Shown here: piece by piece, positions 19,011-27,772 of the stretch
How the letters are laid out: every line of letters starts with the position of its first letter
Numbering within the stretch: the stretch's first letter is position 1
Source: Myxococcales bacterium
GTDB taxonomy: Bacteria; Myxococcota_A; Polyangia; Palsa-1104; JAEUJZ01
Direction: 5' to 3'
Assembly: GCA_016794365.1 (NCBI GenBank)
Contig: JAEUKB010000025.1
Coordinates: 1-52,692 of the forward strand
DNA length: 52,692 nt
The notes under the pieces: model-generated
Seen by the model: only the letters and a program-made list of their open reading frames with translations
Told to the model about the DNA's origin: nothing
The model's database searches: none
Translations under genes and position numbers: made by a program

Positions 19011-19150
19011 GACGAATAAGAGGCATATCAAAAGACTCTTATTTGTGAAGCGGAAGGAAGACGAATAAGAGGCATAAAAAACGCTTCTTATTGGTAGGCT
19101 GGAAGAACGACGAATAAGAGGCGTATCAAATGACTCTTATTGCGGTGCGC
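19011..19150. repeat. Three tandem 49-nt AT-rich direct repeats, each containing an AATAAGAG/CTCTTATT palindrome
   Basis: Read directly: units start at 19011, 19060 and 19109. Each begins GACGAATAAGAGGC, then a 13-15 nt loop, then CT(C/T)CTTATT. GC is far below the local average. The third unit overlaps the stop codon (19137-19139) of the molybdoenzyme gene. Confidence 0.75.
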
Positions 19151-21449
19151 TGGGTGTTACGGTGATCACCACGGACTTGGAGGTCGGCGTGCGGCTCTTG
19201 TCTGCGTGGCTGTGGAGCGGAACCAGGACGTTGGTTTCGGGAAAGTAGGTCGCGGTGCAGCCAATCGGAATTGGATAAGAGACTGCGACAAAGCGTCGCG
19301 CGGTTCGCAGCTCGTTTGCAAAGTGACTGTGTATGTCCACAAGCTGTTTGTCGCGGATGCTGCGCTGCTGCATGTCGGCTTCGTTCATCAGGATGACTCG
19401 CCTGCCGCCGAAGATTCCGCGATAGCGATCGTGCAGTCCATAGATCGTGGTGTTGAACTGATCGTGGGTGCGAATCGTCATCATCAGGAGCTGATCGGGC
19501 AACAGCTCGTGCTTGGGAAGCGGCGCGACGAGGAAGTTGGCGCGCTCGGTGTCGGTGACAAAGCTGCGCTCGCGGGCGGTGTTGGGCAGGATGAAGCCGT
19601 CGGTGCGGCGGACGCGCTCGTTGAAGTGGGCAAAGCCGGGAATCGTGGCTTCAATGTGGTCGCGGATGCGATCGTAGTTGTCGCGCAAGGACAGCCAGTC
19701 GATGGGGCTGCGCGAACCGAAGACGACGTTGGCCAGCTCGCAGATGATCGCGACTTCACTGCGTAGCTGCGACGATGCGGGCTGCAAGTGTCCTTGGGAT
19801 CGATGCACCACGCTCATCGAGTTTTCGACCGTGACAAACTGCGCGCCGCTGGCTTGGCGATCGATCTCGGTGCGTCCCAGACACGGCAAGATCAGCGAGC
19901 CACTGCGACTGACCAAGTGTCCGCGATGCAGCTTCGTCGAGACATGAACCTGAAGGCGGCTTCGTCGCAGCGCGGCGGCGGTCAGCTCGGTATCTGGCGT
20001 CGCGGACAGGAAGTTTCCACCCAGGGAAAACAGCAGCGACACGCTTCCGTCGCGCAAGGCTGAGATCGTCGCTACAGTATCGAGTCCCGGCTGTCGCGAT
20101 GCGACAAAGCCAAAGTGCTGCTCCAGACGGGTAAGCTGCGCTTCGTCCACCTTCGGCGTGATGCCCATCGTGCGGTCGCCTTGGACGTTCGAGTGACCAC
20201 GCACCGGACACAGACCCGCGCCCGGTCGTCCGATGTGCCCTCCGAGCAGCAGCAGGTTGACGACCTGCTGAATTGTCGCCACCGCTGCTTTGTGCTGCGT
20301 CAGACCCATCGCCCAGCAGGCAATGATCCGTCGAGAGCGCTTCCAGACCTCTGCGGCTTGACGAATCTGCTGCTGCGAAAGTCCCGAGTCCGTCGTCACT
20401 TCATCCCACGACACCGCGTCGAGATCCGCGATCAGCGCTCCGACGCCAGTGGTGTGCTCGTGGATAAAGTTCCAGTCGAAGATCTGTCCGGGATGCTGGC
20501 GCTCCGCTTCGAGCAGCGCCTTCATCATGCCTTTGCACAGCGCCGCGTCTCCGTCGATCTTGACTGGCAAAAACAGGCTGGTGATCTCCGTTCCGCCGAG
20601 CACTAGCTCCGTCGGATTCTGCGGATGCGCAAAGCGTTCTAGCGCAGCTTCCGGCAGCGGATTGACTGCGACGATGTGACAGCCTCGCTGCGCCGCTTTT
20701 TGCAGCACCGACATCATGCGCGGATGGTTCGTGCCGGGATTTTGTCCAAAGACAAAGATCGCGTCCGCTTGCGCAAAGTCTTCGAGCTGAACCGTGCCTT
20801 TGCTGACGCCGACCGACTCTTTGAGCGCGACGCCGCTTGATTCGTGACACAGGTTTGCGCAGTCCGGCAGGTTGTTCGTCCCGAGCATGCGCACAAACAG
20901 CTGATACAAAAAAGCCGCTTCGTTGCTGGTTCGTCCCGACGTGTAGAACGCTGCTTCATGCGGAGAAGCCAGCTTGGCCAGCTCGTCGGCGATCAGTCGG
21001 TAGGCTGCATCCCAGCCAATCGGCTGATAGTGCGTTCCGTCGGGCGGCAGATACACGGGCTCGGTCAGGCGACCATGCTGTCCGAGCGCATAGTCGCTTT
21101 CTTGCAAAAGCGCAGCGACGCTGTGACGGGCCCAAAACGCAGCATCGATTCGTCGTCGCGTGGTTTCCCAGGTGATCGCTTTGGCGCCGTTTTCGCAGAA
21201 CTCGATCTCGCCGCGCTCCTCGGGGGACTCGGGCCAGGCGCAGCCGGGACAGTCCACACCTTCGGGCTGGTTTAGCTTGAGCAGCGTCAGGGCACCGCGC
21301 ACGATCCCGGTGTCGTTGCGACGGATCTCGCGCAGCGTAGACAAGATCGCTGCGGGACCGCCAGCCTCGGTGGCGCGGCTGCGTACCGTTACTTGGCTGG
21401 AATCGTCGGGAGTCTGCGCCCCACAGGAGCGATCGCTGGAGTTTGGCAT
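19137..21449 (-). CDS. Molybdopterin-dependent oxidoreductase alpha subunit, YdeP/FdhF-like (formate dehydrogenase family)
   Basis: 770 aa. The N-terminal Cys cluster CPGCAWPESPEERGEIEFCENGAKA is typical of the YdeP/FdhF-like MopB family, and the length and motifs fit a molybdopterin oxidoreductase. The start may instead be the GTG at 21389, which abuts the fdhD stop. Confidence 0.8.
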   Translation of the reverse strand: MPNSSDRSCGAQTPDDSSQVTVRSRATEAGGPAAILSTLREIRRNDTGIVRGALTLLKLNQPEGVDCPGCAWPESPEERGEIEFCENGAKAITWETTRRRIDAAFWARHSVAALLQESDYALGQHGRLTEPVYLPPDGTHYQPIGWDAAYRLIADELAKLASPHEAAFYTSGRTSNEAAFLYQLFVRMLGTNNLPDCANLCHESSGVALKESVGVSKGTVQLEDFAQADAIFVFGQNPGTNHPRMMSVLQKAAQRGCHIVAVNPLPEAALERFAHPQNPTELVLGGTEITSLFLPVKIDGDAALCKGMMKALLEAERQHPGQIFDWNFIHEHTTGVGALIADLDAVSWDEVTTDSGLSQQQIRQAAEVWKRSRRIIACWAMGLTQHKAAVATIQQVVNLLLLGGHIGRPGAGLCPVRGHSNVQGDRTMGITPKVDEAQLTRLEQHFGFVASRQPGLDTVATISALRDGSVSLLFSLGGNFLSATPDTELTAAALRRSRLQVHVSTKLHRGHLVSRSGSLILPCLGRTEIDRQASGAQFVTVENSMSVVHRSQGHLQPASSQLRSEVAIICELANVVFGSRSPIDWLSLRDNYDRIRDHIEATIPGFAHFNERVRRTDGFILPNTARERSFVTDTERANFLVAPLPKHELLPDQLLMMTIRTHDQFNTTIYGLHDRYRGIFGGRRVILMNEADMQQRSIRDKQLVDIHSHFANELRTARRFVAVSYPIPIGCTATYFPETNVLVPLHSHADKSRTPTSKSVVITVTPSAPQ

Positions 21450-22348
21450 TGGAGCTCGTTCTTCACTTCGTCTACATCGTCGCCGAGATACAGCGGTCGG
21501 TGCTGGGTTTGGAGACGATCAAATCCACAGTAGACGTTCATGCGCTCCTCACGCAAAAAACCAATCAGGGTCATGGCTGCCGAGCGCGCGACCTGAAGGG
21601 CCAAGCTCGACGGAGCACCAATCGCCACGAACACCGGAATCGCCGCCATGCGGGCTTTTTGGACAAGCTCGAAGCTGGCTCGTCCCGAGACAAGCAAAAG
21701 GTGTCCGTGCAGCGGCAGCTTTCCTTGGCGCAAAAGCGATCCGATCAGCTTATCGACGGCATTGTGACGACCAACATCTTCGCGGAGCGCCAACAGCGAC
21801 AGGGTTTCATCAAACAGCGCCGCCGCGTGCAGTCCGCCGGTCTTGGCAAAGGTTGCTTGCGCTTGTCGGAGCTGCGACGGAAGCGTGCGGATCGCTTCCA
21901 CTTGCACAATCGGCAAGCCGGGCCGCAGCGGCTCACGCGGGGTGGCGGAAAGTCCTTCGACGGTGCTCTTGCCGCAGACTCCACAGGCGCTGGTCGAAAA
22001 GAAGCTGCGCGACAGGCGCTCCGGCGCAAGCGGAACATCTTCTGACAGCGTTACCACCACAGAGTTTCCGTCGGACAGCGGGCCATCGATCTGCAACACC
22101 TGCGACGGAGAGTGAATCAGTCCTTCGCTGTACAGAAAGCCCAGCGCCAGATCCGCGTCTTCTTCGTCGCGCTGATGCTGAAGCTCTGACGGAGTTCGCA
22201 TCGTAATGGTCAGCGGCTGCGCTTCGCCGTGTGCTCCGTGCTTCACCCAGATCTGTAACGGAGACTCGACGCACAGCGATTCGACGCGCTGGGACGGCAT
22301 GTCTCCGTCGAGGTGAAACACCGGAACGCTCTCTATTCGCCGTGGCAT
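21389..22348 (-). CDS. fdhD: Formate dehydrogenase accessory sulfurtransferase FdhD
   Basis: Motifs SACGVCGK and GRHNAVDK are characteristic of FdhD. I trimmed the start to Met20 (22348). The track start at 22405 is a GTG. Confidence 0.8.
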   Translation of the reverse strand: MPRRIESVPVFHLDGDMPSQRVESLCVESPLQIWVKHGAHGEAQPLTITMRTPSELQHQRDEEDADLALGFLYSEGLIHSPSQVLQIDGPLSDGNSVVVTLSEDVPLAPERLSRSFFSTSACGVCGKSTVEGLSATPREPLRPGLPIVQVEAIRTLPSQLRQAQATFAKTGGLHAAALFDETLSLLALREDVGRHNAVDKLIGSLLRQGKLPLHGHLLLVSGRASFELVQKARMAAIPVFVAIGAPSSLALQVARSAAMTLIGFLREERMNVYCGFDRLQTQHRPLYLGDDVDEVKNELQCQTPAIAPVGRRLPTIPAK

Positions 22349-22456
22349 GCGTCCCACAATAGCGGCCCAGGTACACAGCTTGCGGCAAAATCTCGTCTGC
22401 GGCACACAGCGAAGCGCACTCGGAATCGATCAGACGAGAACTTTTGATGCGTGCAG

Positions 22457-23074
22457 CTAGCCTTCGGGCAGATCGGACAGTCGCGGCAGGTTCTTGGTCT
22501 TGTCGTCAGACTTCTTGGCGCGCGGCTTGTCGCTCTTTGGCTTGGCCGGAGCCGCTTTTGCGTCAGCAGGCTTCGCGTCGGCAGATTTTGCGTCAGCGGA
22601 TTTAGCGTCAGCAGGCTTGGCATCAGCAGATTTAGCGTCGGCAGGCTTGGCATCAGCAGCTTTTGAATCCGTCGATTTTGCGTCAGCGGACTTTGCGTCA
22701 GCAGGCTTGGCTTCCGCTGGCGGCGGAGCGGGAGTCGGTGGCGCAGCAGCAGCGGCAGCTTCAGCGGCGCGCTGTTTGGCAGCGGCTTCGTCTTTGGCGA
22801 CCGCACGCAGGTGCAGCACATAAAACACCAGCGCAGTGACGGCAATCAGTCCGATCAGGATCGGCATCACCGGCAGACCGGCTTGCTTGCCTCGGCGATG
22901 ACGGCGCTCTTCCGCATCTAGATCGATGTGATCGTGGCGCAGCTGTCCGCTCGGCTCTGTGGGCGCTGCTGGTTTCGCTTCAGCCGTCGCTGGTTTTTCT
23001 GGCGGCGCGTCTCCCGTGCTGTCTGGGGATGGTTCCGCCGAAGAGGTCTGTGGTTTGGGCTCGTCGCTTGACAT
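22457..23074 (-). CDS. Hypothetical single-pass membrane protein with a C-terminal (P/S)ADAK pentapeptide repeat tail
   Basis: Track ORF is 22457..23191. I chose the Met of MSSDEPKPQ at 23074. Pro/Glu-rich N-terminus, one hydrophobic helix (LPVMPILIGLIAVTALVFYVL), then about 14 ADAKS/ADAKP repeats. Confidence 0.5.
   Translation of the reverse strand: MSSDEPKPQTSSAEPSPDSTGDAPPEKPATAEAKPAAPTEPSGQLRHDHIDLDAEERRHRRGKQAGLPVMPILIGLIAVTALVFYVLHLRAVAKDEAAAKQRAAEAAAAAAPPTPAPPPAEAKPADAKSADAKSTDSKAADAKPADAKSADAKPADAKSADAKSADAKPADAKAAPAKPKSDKPRAKKSDDKTKNLPRLSDLPEG
22560..22709. repeat. Ten tandem 15-nt units (gcgtcagcaggcttg / gcgtcagcggattta types) encoding the ADAK(S/P) repeats
   Basis: Read directly in the sequence. 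Confidence 0.75.
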
Positions 23075-23267
23075 CGTGCTCGGCCAGCATACCAGCGGCG
23101 GACCGATTCCAGCAAACCTCCAGACTGGGCCGGGAGTACCGCGTGACGCACTGCACGGCTCGGACCGCTGGTACGGAAAAGTCCCGAGCAAACCGCAGCC
23201 TGGCCAAGTCGCTCGGTTGGCGCTGTACTCACGACGGAAAGACGCGCTAACATAGCAAGGAAGTAGC

Positions 23268-26200
23268 TTGGGGGAGCCTATGACCGCTTACCTACTCACC
23301 GGCAACGATTTAGTGAAGACACCGTGCCATGAGTGCTTTGGTCCTGCGTGGCTGCGCCGATTGTTCAGACGAAAGACTTCGCTGGGCGGCTTGCTGCTGC
23401 TGCTGCTGTCGTTCTTTTCGGCCTGTAGCAGCGAAGATGCGATCGTCCTGCAGATTCGACCTCCGTCGGGCGTATCGATCAATGAATACGCTGTCACGGT
23501 CCAGGATCGCAGCAAGCGTGTGATCTTGTATCAGTCAGGCATTCAGCCGGTGGCGGCGGTCAGCAAAGGACGCGATCTGTTCGCGCAGCCGCTGCGACTG
23601 GGCCTGAAGCTGTCGCAGAAAGCGGAGTATCTGGTTCACGTTCGCGCTGCCGAAGACAAGCTGGTTCCCGACGGTGTGATTCCGAACTCGCGCAAGGCTG
23701 AATACTTCTTTGCGGAGATCGTGAACGTCTCGGGCACCCAGCAAGTGGACGCAGATTTGCTCGAAGTCGATCCGATGCTGGATCTTGACTTTGACCACTT
23801 TCCCGACGCGGTGAAGTGGACCGACGAGCTCAAAGAAGCCAAGGTCAAGTATCAGGCGAAGCTCAATGTGCTCGACTGCGTGGATCGCGATCCGGGTCCG
23901 ACGGAGATGAAGCTTCCGACGGGACTGTACGCGGTCGATATCAATCCGCTGGCCAAGCCGCGCTGTGGTCTGCCGTTTGATGTGTCGTGTGGTGACAGCG
24001 TTCCGCCGTGTCAGGATCGGGACGGCGACGGCGATCCCGAGAGCACGGACTGCGACGACAACGATCCGGCGCGCTTTCACGGAAATCCGCGTCCGCGCAA
24101 CTGCTGTGAGTGTACCGACAAAGCAAGCTGCACGCAGAACCACAACAAGCTCAAGGACATGTCGGCGTGTATGCCTGCGCGCTGCGATTCAGCGACGGAC
24201 TTCGACTGCTCTGGCAAGATCGTTCCGTGCTTTGTCGATGACGACTGCGACGGCTATTCGCCCAACGATCCGGTGGTGAGCCAGCGCGACTGCGACGACA
24301 CCAACCCGAACATTTATCCGGGTGCCAAGAAAAACTGTGCCGACACGAGCAAAGACTGGGCGTGCGACGGAAATCCGTCGGGCGGCTGCGTGGACTGCGA
24401 TCTCGATGGTGACGGTTATCAGCGTGACGACAAAGCGCAGGGCGGAATCTGTCCAACCGCGCAGTACACAGCGTCGGGAAAAAAGATTGACTGCGACGAC
24501 AACGATCGCGGTGTGTTCCCCAGTTCGACATCGTATAACGGTGCCAGCCAGATCATGGGCCTGATGGATCTGAAGGGCGTCGAGGGTGGCGGCTCGAAGC
24601 TGGCAGCGATGCGACAGCTCTGTGCGAACACCCAAGTGGACGGAGCGACGGCGCAGGACTCGGACTGTGACGGATCGGCGCGCAATGGCTGTCCGGCGAA
24701 CCCGACGACGTGCGATCGCGACATGGACGGCTTCCCGAATCCGACGGCGGGCTGCAACACGCTCGGGCTGCCGATCGACAACAACGACACCGACTATCAG
24801 AGCTTCCCTGGTGCGCCGGATCGCTGCGGCGACGGCAAAGCGCAAAACGGTGTCGCGGACATGCCTTGTAATAACGATGCCGACGGAGACAAGTACAACG
24901 CGGATGCCGACTGTGACGACAACGATCCGAACACGCATCCGTGGGCTACGGAATTGTGCGATGGAAAAGACAACGACTGCGACGGAATCATCGACGAGCT
25001 GAACCCGGACGACAAGGGCGCTCGGATGGTGGAAAAGAGCCCGGTCACCAACAAGAACGTGATCTTGTCGTGTACGGACTTCGCGCTCGGAGAGTGCAAT
25101 CGCACGGTGGCAGCGACGGGACTGAAGACGGGACGCTGCGTCTGTAGTGGGCTCAAGCCCGGTGCGCACGACAAGACTGGCATCAAGGCTTGTCCGGGCA
25201 CGCGCGACGACGCCATGACGGCTCCGAAGTGCTTTGGCGCGCAGCAGAAGGAAAAGCAGACGTGCGAGTCGGTTGTTGCGAACAGAAAAGATCAAGACTG
25301 CGACGGACGACTGGATGCGCCGGACGGCATGAACCTGCTTGAGTACGGTCAGGTCTGCGGCGTCAGCACCGGAACGTGCGTGGCGGGAACGGTGAACGGC
25401 TGTGACTACACCACGACCAATCCGTTTTCGATCTCGTCGGGATTTGCGGTTTCGCCCGCGTTTGATGAGACACGGAAGTATCTGACCTGCGCGGCTGCGA
25501 CCGGACCGAAAAAGCAGCTCTGCGACGGAAAAGATGAAAACTGTAACGGCGTAAACGATGACTGCTCGGACTACGGGGCGGCGAACTCAAGCTGCTGCAA
25601 GAACGTCGCAATGTGCGTAAACATCGGGACGGACTTTACGCACTGCGGAAACTGCTCGACGGCCTGCGATGCGATGACAGCCAACGCGTGCGTCAACAAG
25701 CAGTGCATGTGCGGCACCAATCCGGCGTGTAACGGCGCGCGCGACATGTGCAAAAACGGTACAAGCTGCGTCGAGTGTCTGGCCAATGGCGACTGTAACG
25801 ATCCAGCCAAGCCGGTCTGCAAAGGTCAGGACTCGTGCGTCGAGTGCGTGGCCAACGGAGACTGCCAAGATGCGGCCAAGCCTGCGTGCAACAGCGGAAC
25901 CGATAGCTGCGTTCCTTGCACGACTGGCTTTGGCTGCAACGGCGCGACGCCTGTTTGTAAGGTGAACGCGAACGCTGCGCTCAACCAGTGCGTGCAGTGT
26001 CTGGCCAATGCGGACTGCGCGGGCGTAGCCGGAAAGCCTGCGTGCGATACCACGACGAATCAGTGCGTGCCATGTCTGGCGGGCTTTGGCTGCACGGCTC
26101 CGAACGCGCAGTGCAAGGTGAACGCAGACTCTTCGCTGAATCAGTGCGTGCAGTGCCTTGGGGATGCCAACTGTCTGACGACTCCGGCGACTCCGGCATG

Positions 26201-26852
26201 TGACTTGGGAATCAACAAGTGCGTGGCATGTACGGCGCTGAATACGATGGCGTGCGTGGCTCCGCTTTCGAAGTGTCTGACCAACTTGGATGCGACGAAG
26301 AACAAGTGTGTGGAGTGTACGGCGAGTGCGCAGTGCGGAACCTCGAAGCCGCTGTGTGACACCGTGACCAGCAATCGCTGCACCGCGTGCTTGGTCAACA
26401 TGGACTGCACGAGCATGGCGACTCCCAAGTGCAAGGTGGACAACACCGATGTCACCAAGAACGCTTGCGTGGGCTGCTTGATGAATGCGGACTGCGCAAA
26501 CCCAACGCCGATCTGCGAAATGACCACCACCAACAAGTGCGTGGCGTGTCTTGTGGACATGGACTGCGGTGCTGGGAAGTTCTGCATCACCAACGCAAAT
26601 CCGCTGGCCAACAAGTGTGTCGAGTGTCGCAACGATACCGACTGCGGAACTGGCACTCCGGCGTGTGACACCACGACCAAGACCTGCGTTCCGTGCCGAG
26701 CGAGCGGTGCGGTTCCTCATGTGGGCTGCATGGATCCAACTCACGCTTGCTTGGTCAACGCAAACCCTGCGATGAACATGTGTGTGGAGTGTACGCAGAG
26801 CTCACACTGTAGCGGTGGGAAGACCTGCCAGGTAGACAACACCTGCGCCTAA
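23268..26852 (+). CDS. Giant secreted cysteine-rich repeat protein (MopE-like DCDD..PGA..E.CDG.DNDCDG motifs followed by Myxococcus-type CxxC...C repeats)
   Basis: 1194 aa. N-terminal hydrophobic signal (LGGLLLLLLSFFSAC). Residues roughly 250-600 carry many DCDDxDP..PGA.E.CDGxDNDCDG-like motifs. Residues roughly 800-1194 carry about 14 tandem 24-28-aa units of the form CVxCLxNxDCxxxxKPxCxxxxxx. The long antisense track ORFs 24189..25295 and 25587..26744 are artefacts. Confidence 0.75.
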   Translation: MGEPMTAYLLTGNDLVKTPCHECFGPAWLRRLFRRKTSLGGLLLLLLSFFSACSSEDAIVLQIRPPSGVSINEYAVTVQDRSKRVILYQSGIQPVAAVSKGRDLFAQPLRLGLKLSQKAEYLVHVRAAEDKLVPDGVIPNSRKAEYFFAEIVNVSGTQQVDADLLEVDPMLDLDFDHFPDAVKWTDELKEAKVKYQAKLNVLDCVDRDPGPTEMKLPTGLYAVDINPLAKPRCGLPFDVSCGDSVPPCQDRDGDGDPESTDCDDNDPARFHGNPRPRNCCECTDKASCTQNHNKLKDMSACMPARCDSATDFDCSGKIVPCFVDDDCDGYSPNDPVVSQRDCDDTNPNIYPGAKKNCADTSKDWACDGNPSGGCVDCDLDGDGYQRDDKAQGGICPTAQYTASGKKIDCDDNDRGVFPSSTSYNGASQIMGLMDLKGVEGGGSKLAAMRQLCANTQVDGATAQDSDCDGSARNGCPANPTTCDRDMDGFPNPTAGCNTLGLPIDNNDTDYQSFPGAPDRCGDGKAQNGVADMPCNNDADGDKYNADADCDDNDPNTHPWATELCDGKDNDCDGIIDELNPDDKGARMVEKSPVTNKNVILSCTDFALGECNRTVAATGLKTGRCVCSGLKPGAHDKTGIKACPGTRDDAMTAPKCFGAQQKEKQTCESVVANRKDQDCDGRLDAPDGMNLLEYGQVCGVSTGTCVAGTVNGCDYTTTNPFSISSGFAVSPAFDETRKYLTCAAATGPKKQLCDGKDENCNGVNDDCSDYGAANSSCCKNVAMCVNIGTDFTHCGNCSTACDAMTANACVNKQCMCGTNPACNGARDMCKNGTSCVECLANGDCNDPAKPVCKGQDSCVECVANGDCQDAAKPACNSGTDSCVPCTTGFGCNGATPVCKVNANAALNQCVQCLANADCAGVAGKPACDTTTNQCVPCLAGFGCTAPNAQCKVNADSSLNQCVQCLGDANCLTTPATPACDLGINKCVACTALNTMACVAPLSKCLTNLDATKNKCVECTASAQCGTSKPLCDTVTSNRCTACLVNMDCTSMATPKCKVDNTDVTKNACVGCLMNADCANPTPICEMTTTNKCVACLVDMDCGAGKFCITNANPLANKCVECRNDTDCGTGTPACDTTTKTCVPCRASGAVPHVGCMDPTHACLVNANPAMNMCVECTQSSHCSGGKTCQVDNTCA

Positions 26853-26950
26853 GCGGGACTCTGTCTTCGATTCGTTCGGAGGTGCGGATGCTGCATCCTC
26901 CGAGTCCCCCGAGTCCTTCCTGATCGATTCTGCGCTACGCTGATCTGCGC

Positions 26951-27760
26951 ATGATTCACAAGACGCTGCTTCATAAAGGCTGTCGGCTCAGCTACTACGT
27001 AGATGGAGAAGGGCCTTCTGTGGTGCTGATTCACGGAACCTCTGTCTCGGGAAACGCGTGGCGTCCGCAGATTGATGCGCTCCGTCCGCACTTTCGCTGC
27101 CTGTGGTTTGACAATCGCGGCTACGGGGAAAGCCTGCCGATTCCTTCGTCATTGACCGTCGAACAGATGGGTGAAGATGTGCTGGCGCTGATGGATGCAG
27201 AGTCCTTTGATCGCGCACACCTTGTCGGTCATTCCTTGGGCGGAGCCATCGCGCTCTGTGCCGCATCGCAAGCGCCAAGTCGGGTGCTCAGCTTGTCTCT
27301 GCTCAATACATTTGTGTCGGGTCGAGCGCCGCTGCGACTTCATCCACAGCTCCTTTGGAAGAACCTTCGATCGATGATCGGAACGGCTGCGATGCGTCGG
27401 CGCGCGCTCCTAGAGCTGATGATGCCTGCGGACTATCTGGCGCAGCACAACCTAGACAAGCTGGCTGCACAGGTGAGCGCGCTGTTTGGTCGTCCGCTGG
27501 AAACGATGCCGCCGATTGCGATGAAGCAGATTGTTGCGATGTCTCGCTTTGATGGATCGAGTCTGCTTGCGGCGCTACAAGGAACGCCTACGCTGGTGAT
27601 GAGCGCGCGCCATGATCTGCTGACTCCACCATCGGAAGGAAAGCGTCTTGCAGAGGGCCTGCGGGGTCGCTACGTAGAGCTTCCGAGCGCTTCCCATGCG
27701 GCTCCGATTCAGTGTCCTTCGGAAGTCAACGCGCTGCTGCTTTCGCACCTGCGTCAATAG
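26951..27760 (+). CDS. Alpha/beta-fold hydrolase
   Basis: 269 aa. HGTSVSG oxyanion region, nucleophile elbow GHSLGG, and a C-terminal His in SASHAAP. Confidence 0.8.
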   Translation: MIHKTLLHKGCRLSYYVDGEGPSVVLIHGTSVSGNAWRPQIDALRPHFRCLWFDNRGYGESLPIPSSLTVEQMGEDVLALMDAESFDRAHLVGHSLGGAIALCAASQAPSRVLSLSLLNTFVSGRAPLRLHPQLLWKNLRSMIGTAAMRRRALLELMMPADYLAQHNLDKLAAQVSALFGRPLETMPPIAMKQIVAMSRFDGSSLLAALQGTPTLVMSARHDLLTPPSEGKRLAEGLRGRYVELPSASHAAPIQCPSEVNALLLSHLRQ

Positions 27761-27772
27761 GAATCACCGTCG

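Noticed and set aside
19011-19150. Possibility that the tandem palindromic repeats are a CRISPR array
   Set aside because: Only three units. The variable segments are about 14 nt, far shorter than spacers. The repeats are AT-rich hairpins with unit-to-unit drift in the 'repeat' portion. No cas genes are present anywhere in the window.
22333-22845. 170-aa ORF on the minus strand overlapping the ADAK-repeat gene in another frame; its product is rich in LLTQ/PSL repeats
   Set aside because: It is the out-of-frame reading of the same 15-nt tandem repeats. The in-frame ADAK(S/P) reading has a start, a TM helix and a sensible architecture, while this frame has none.
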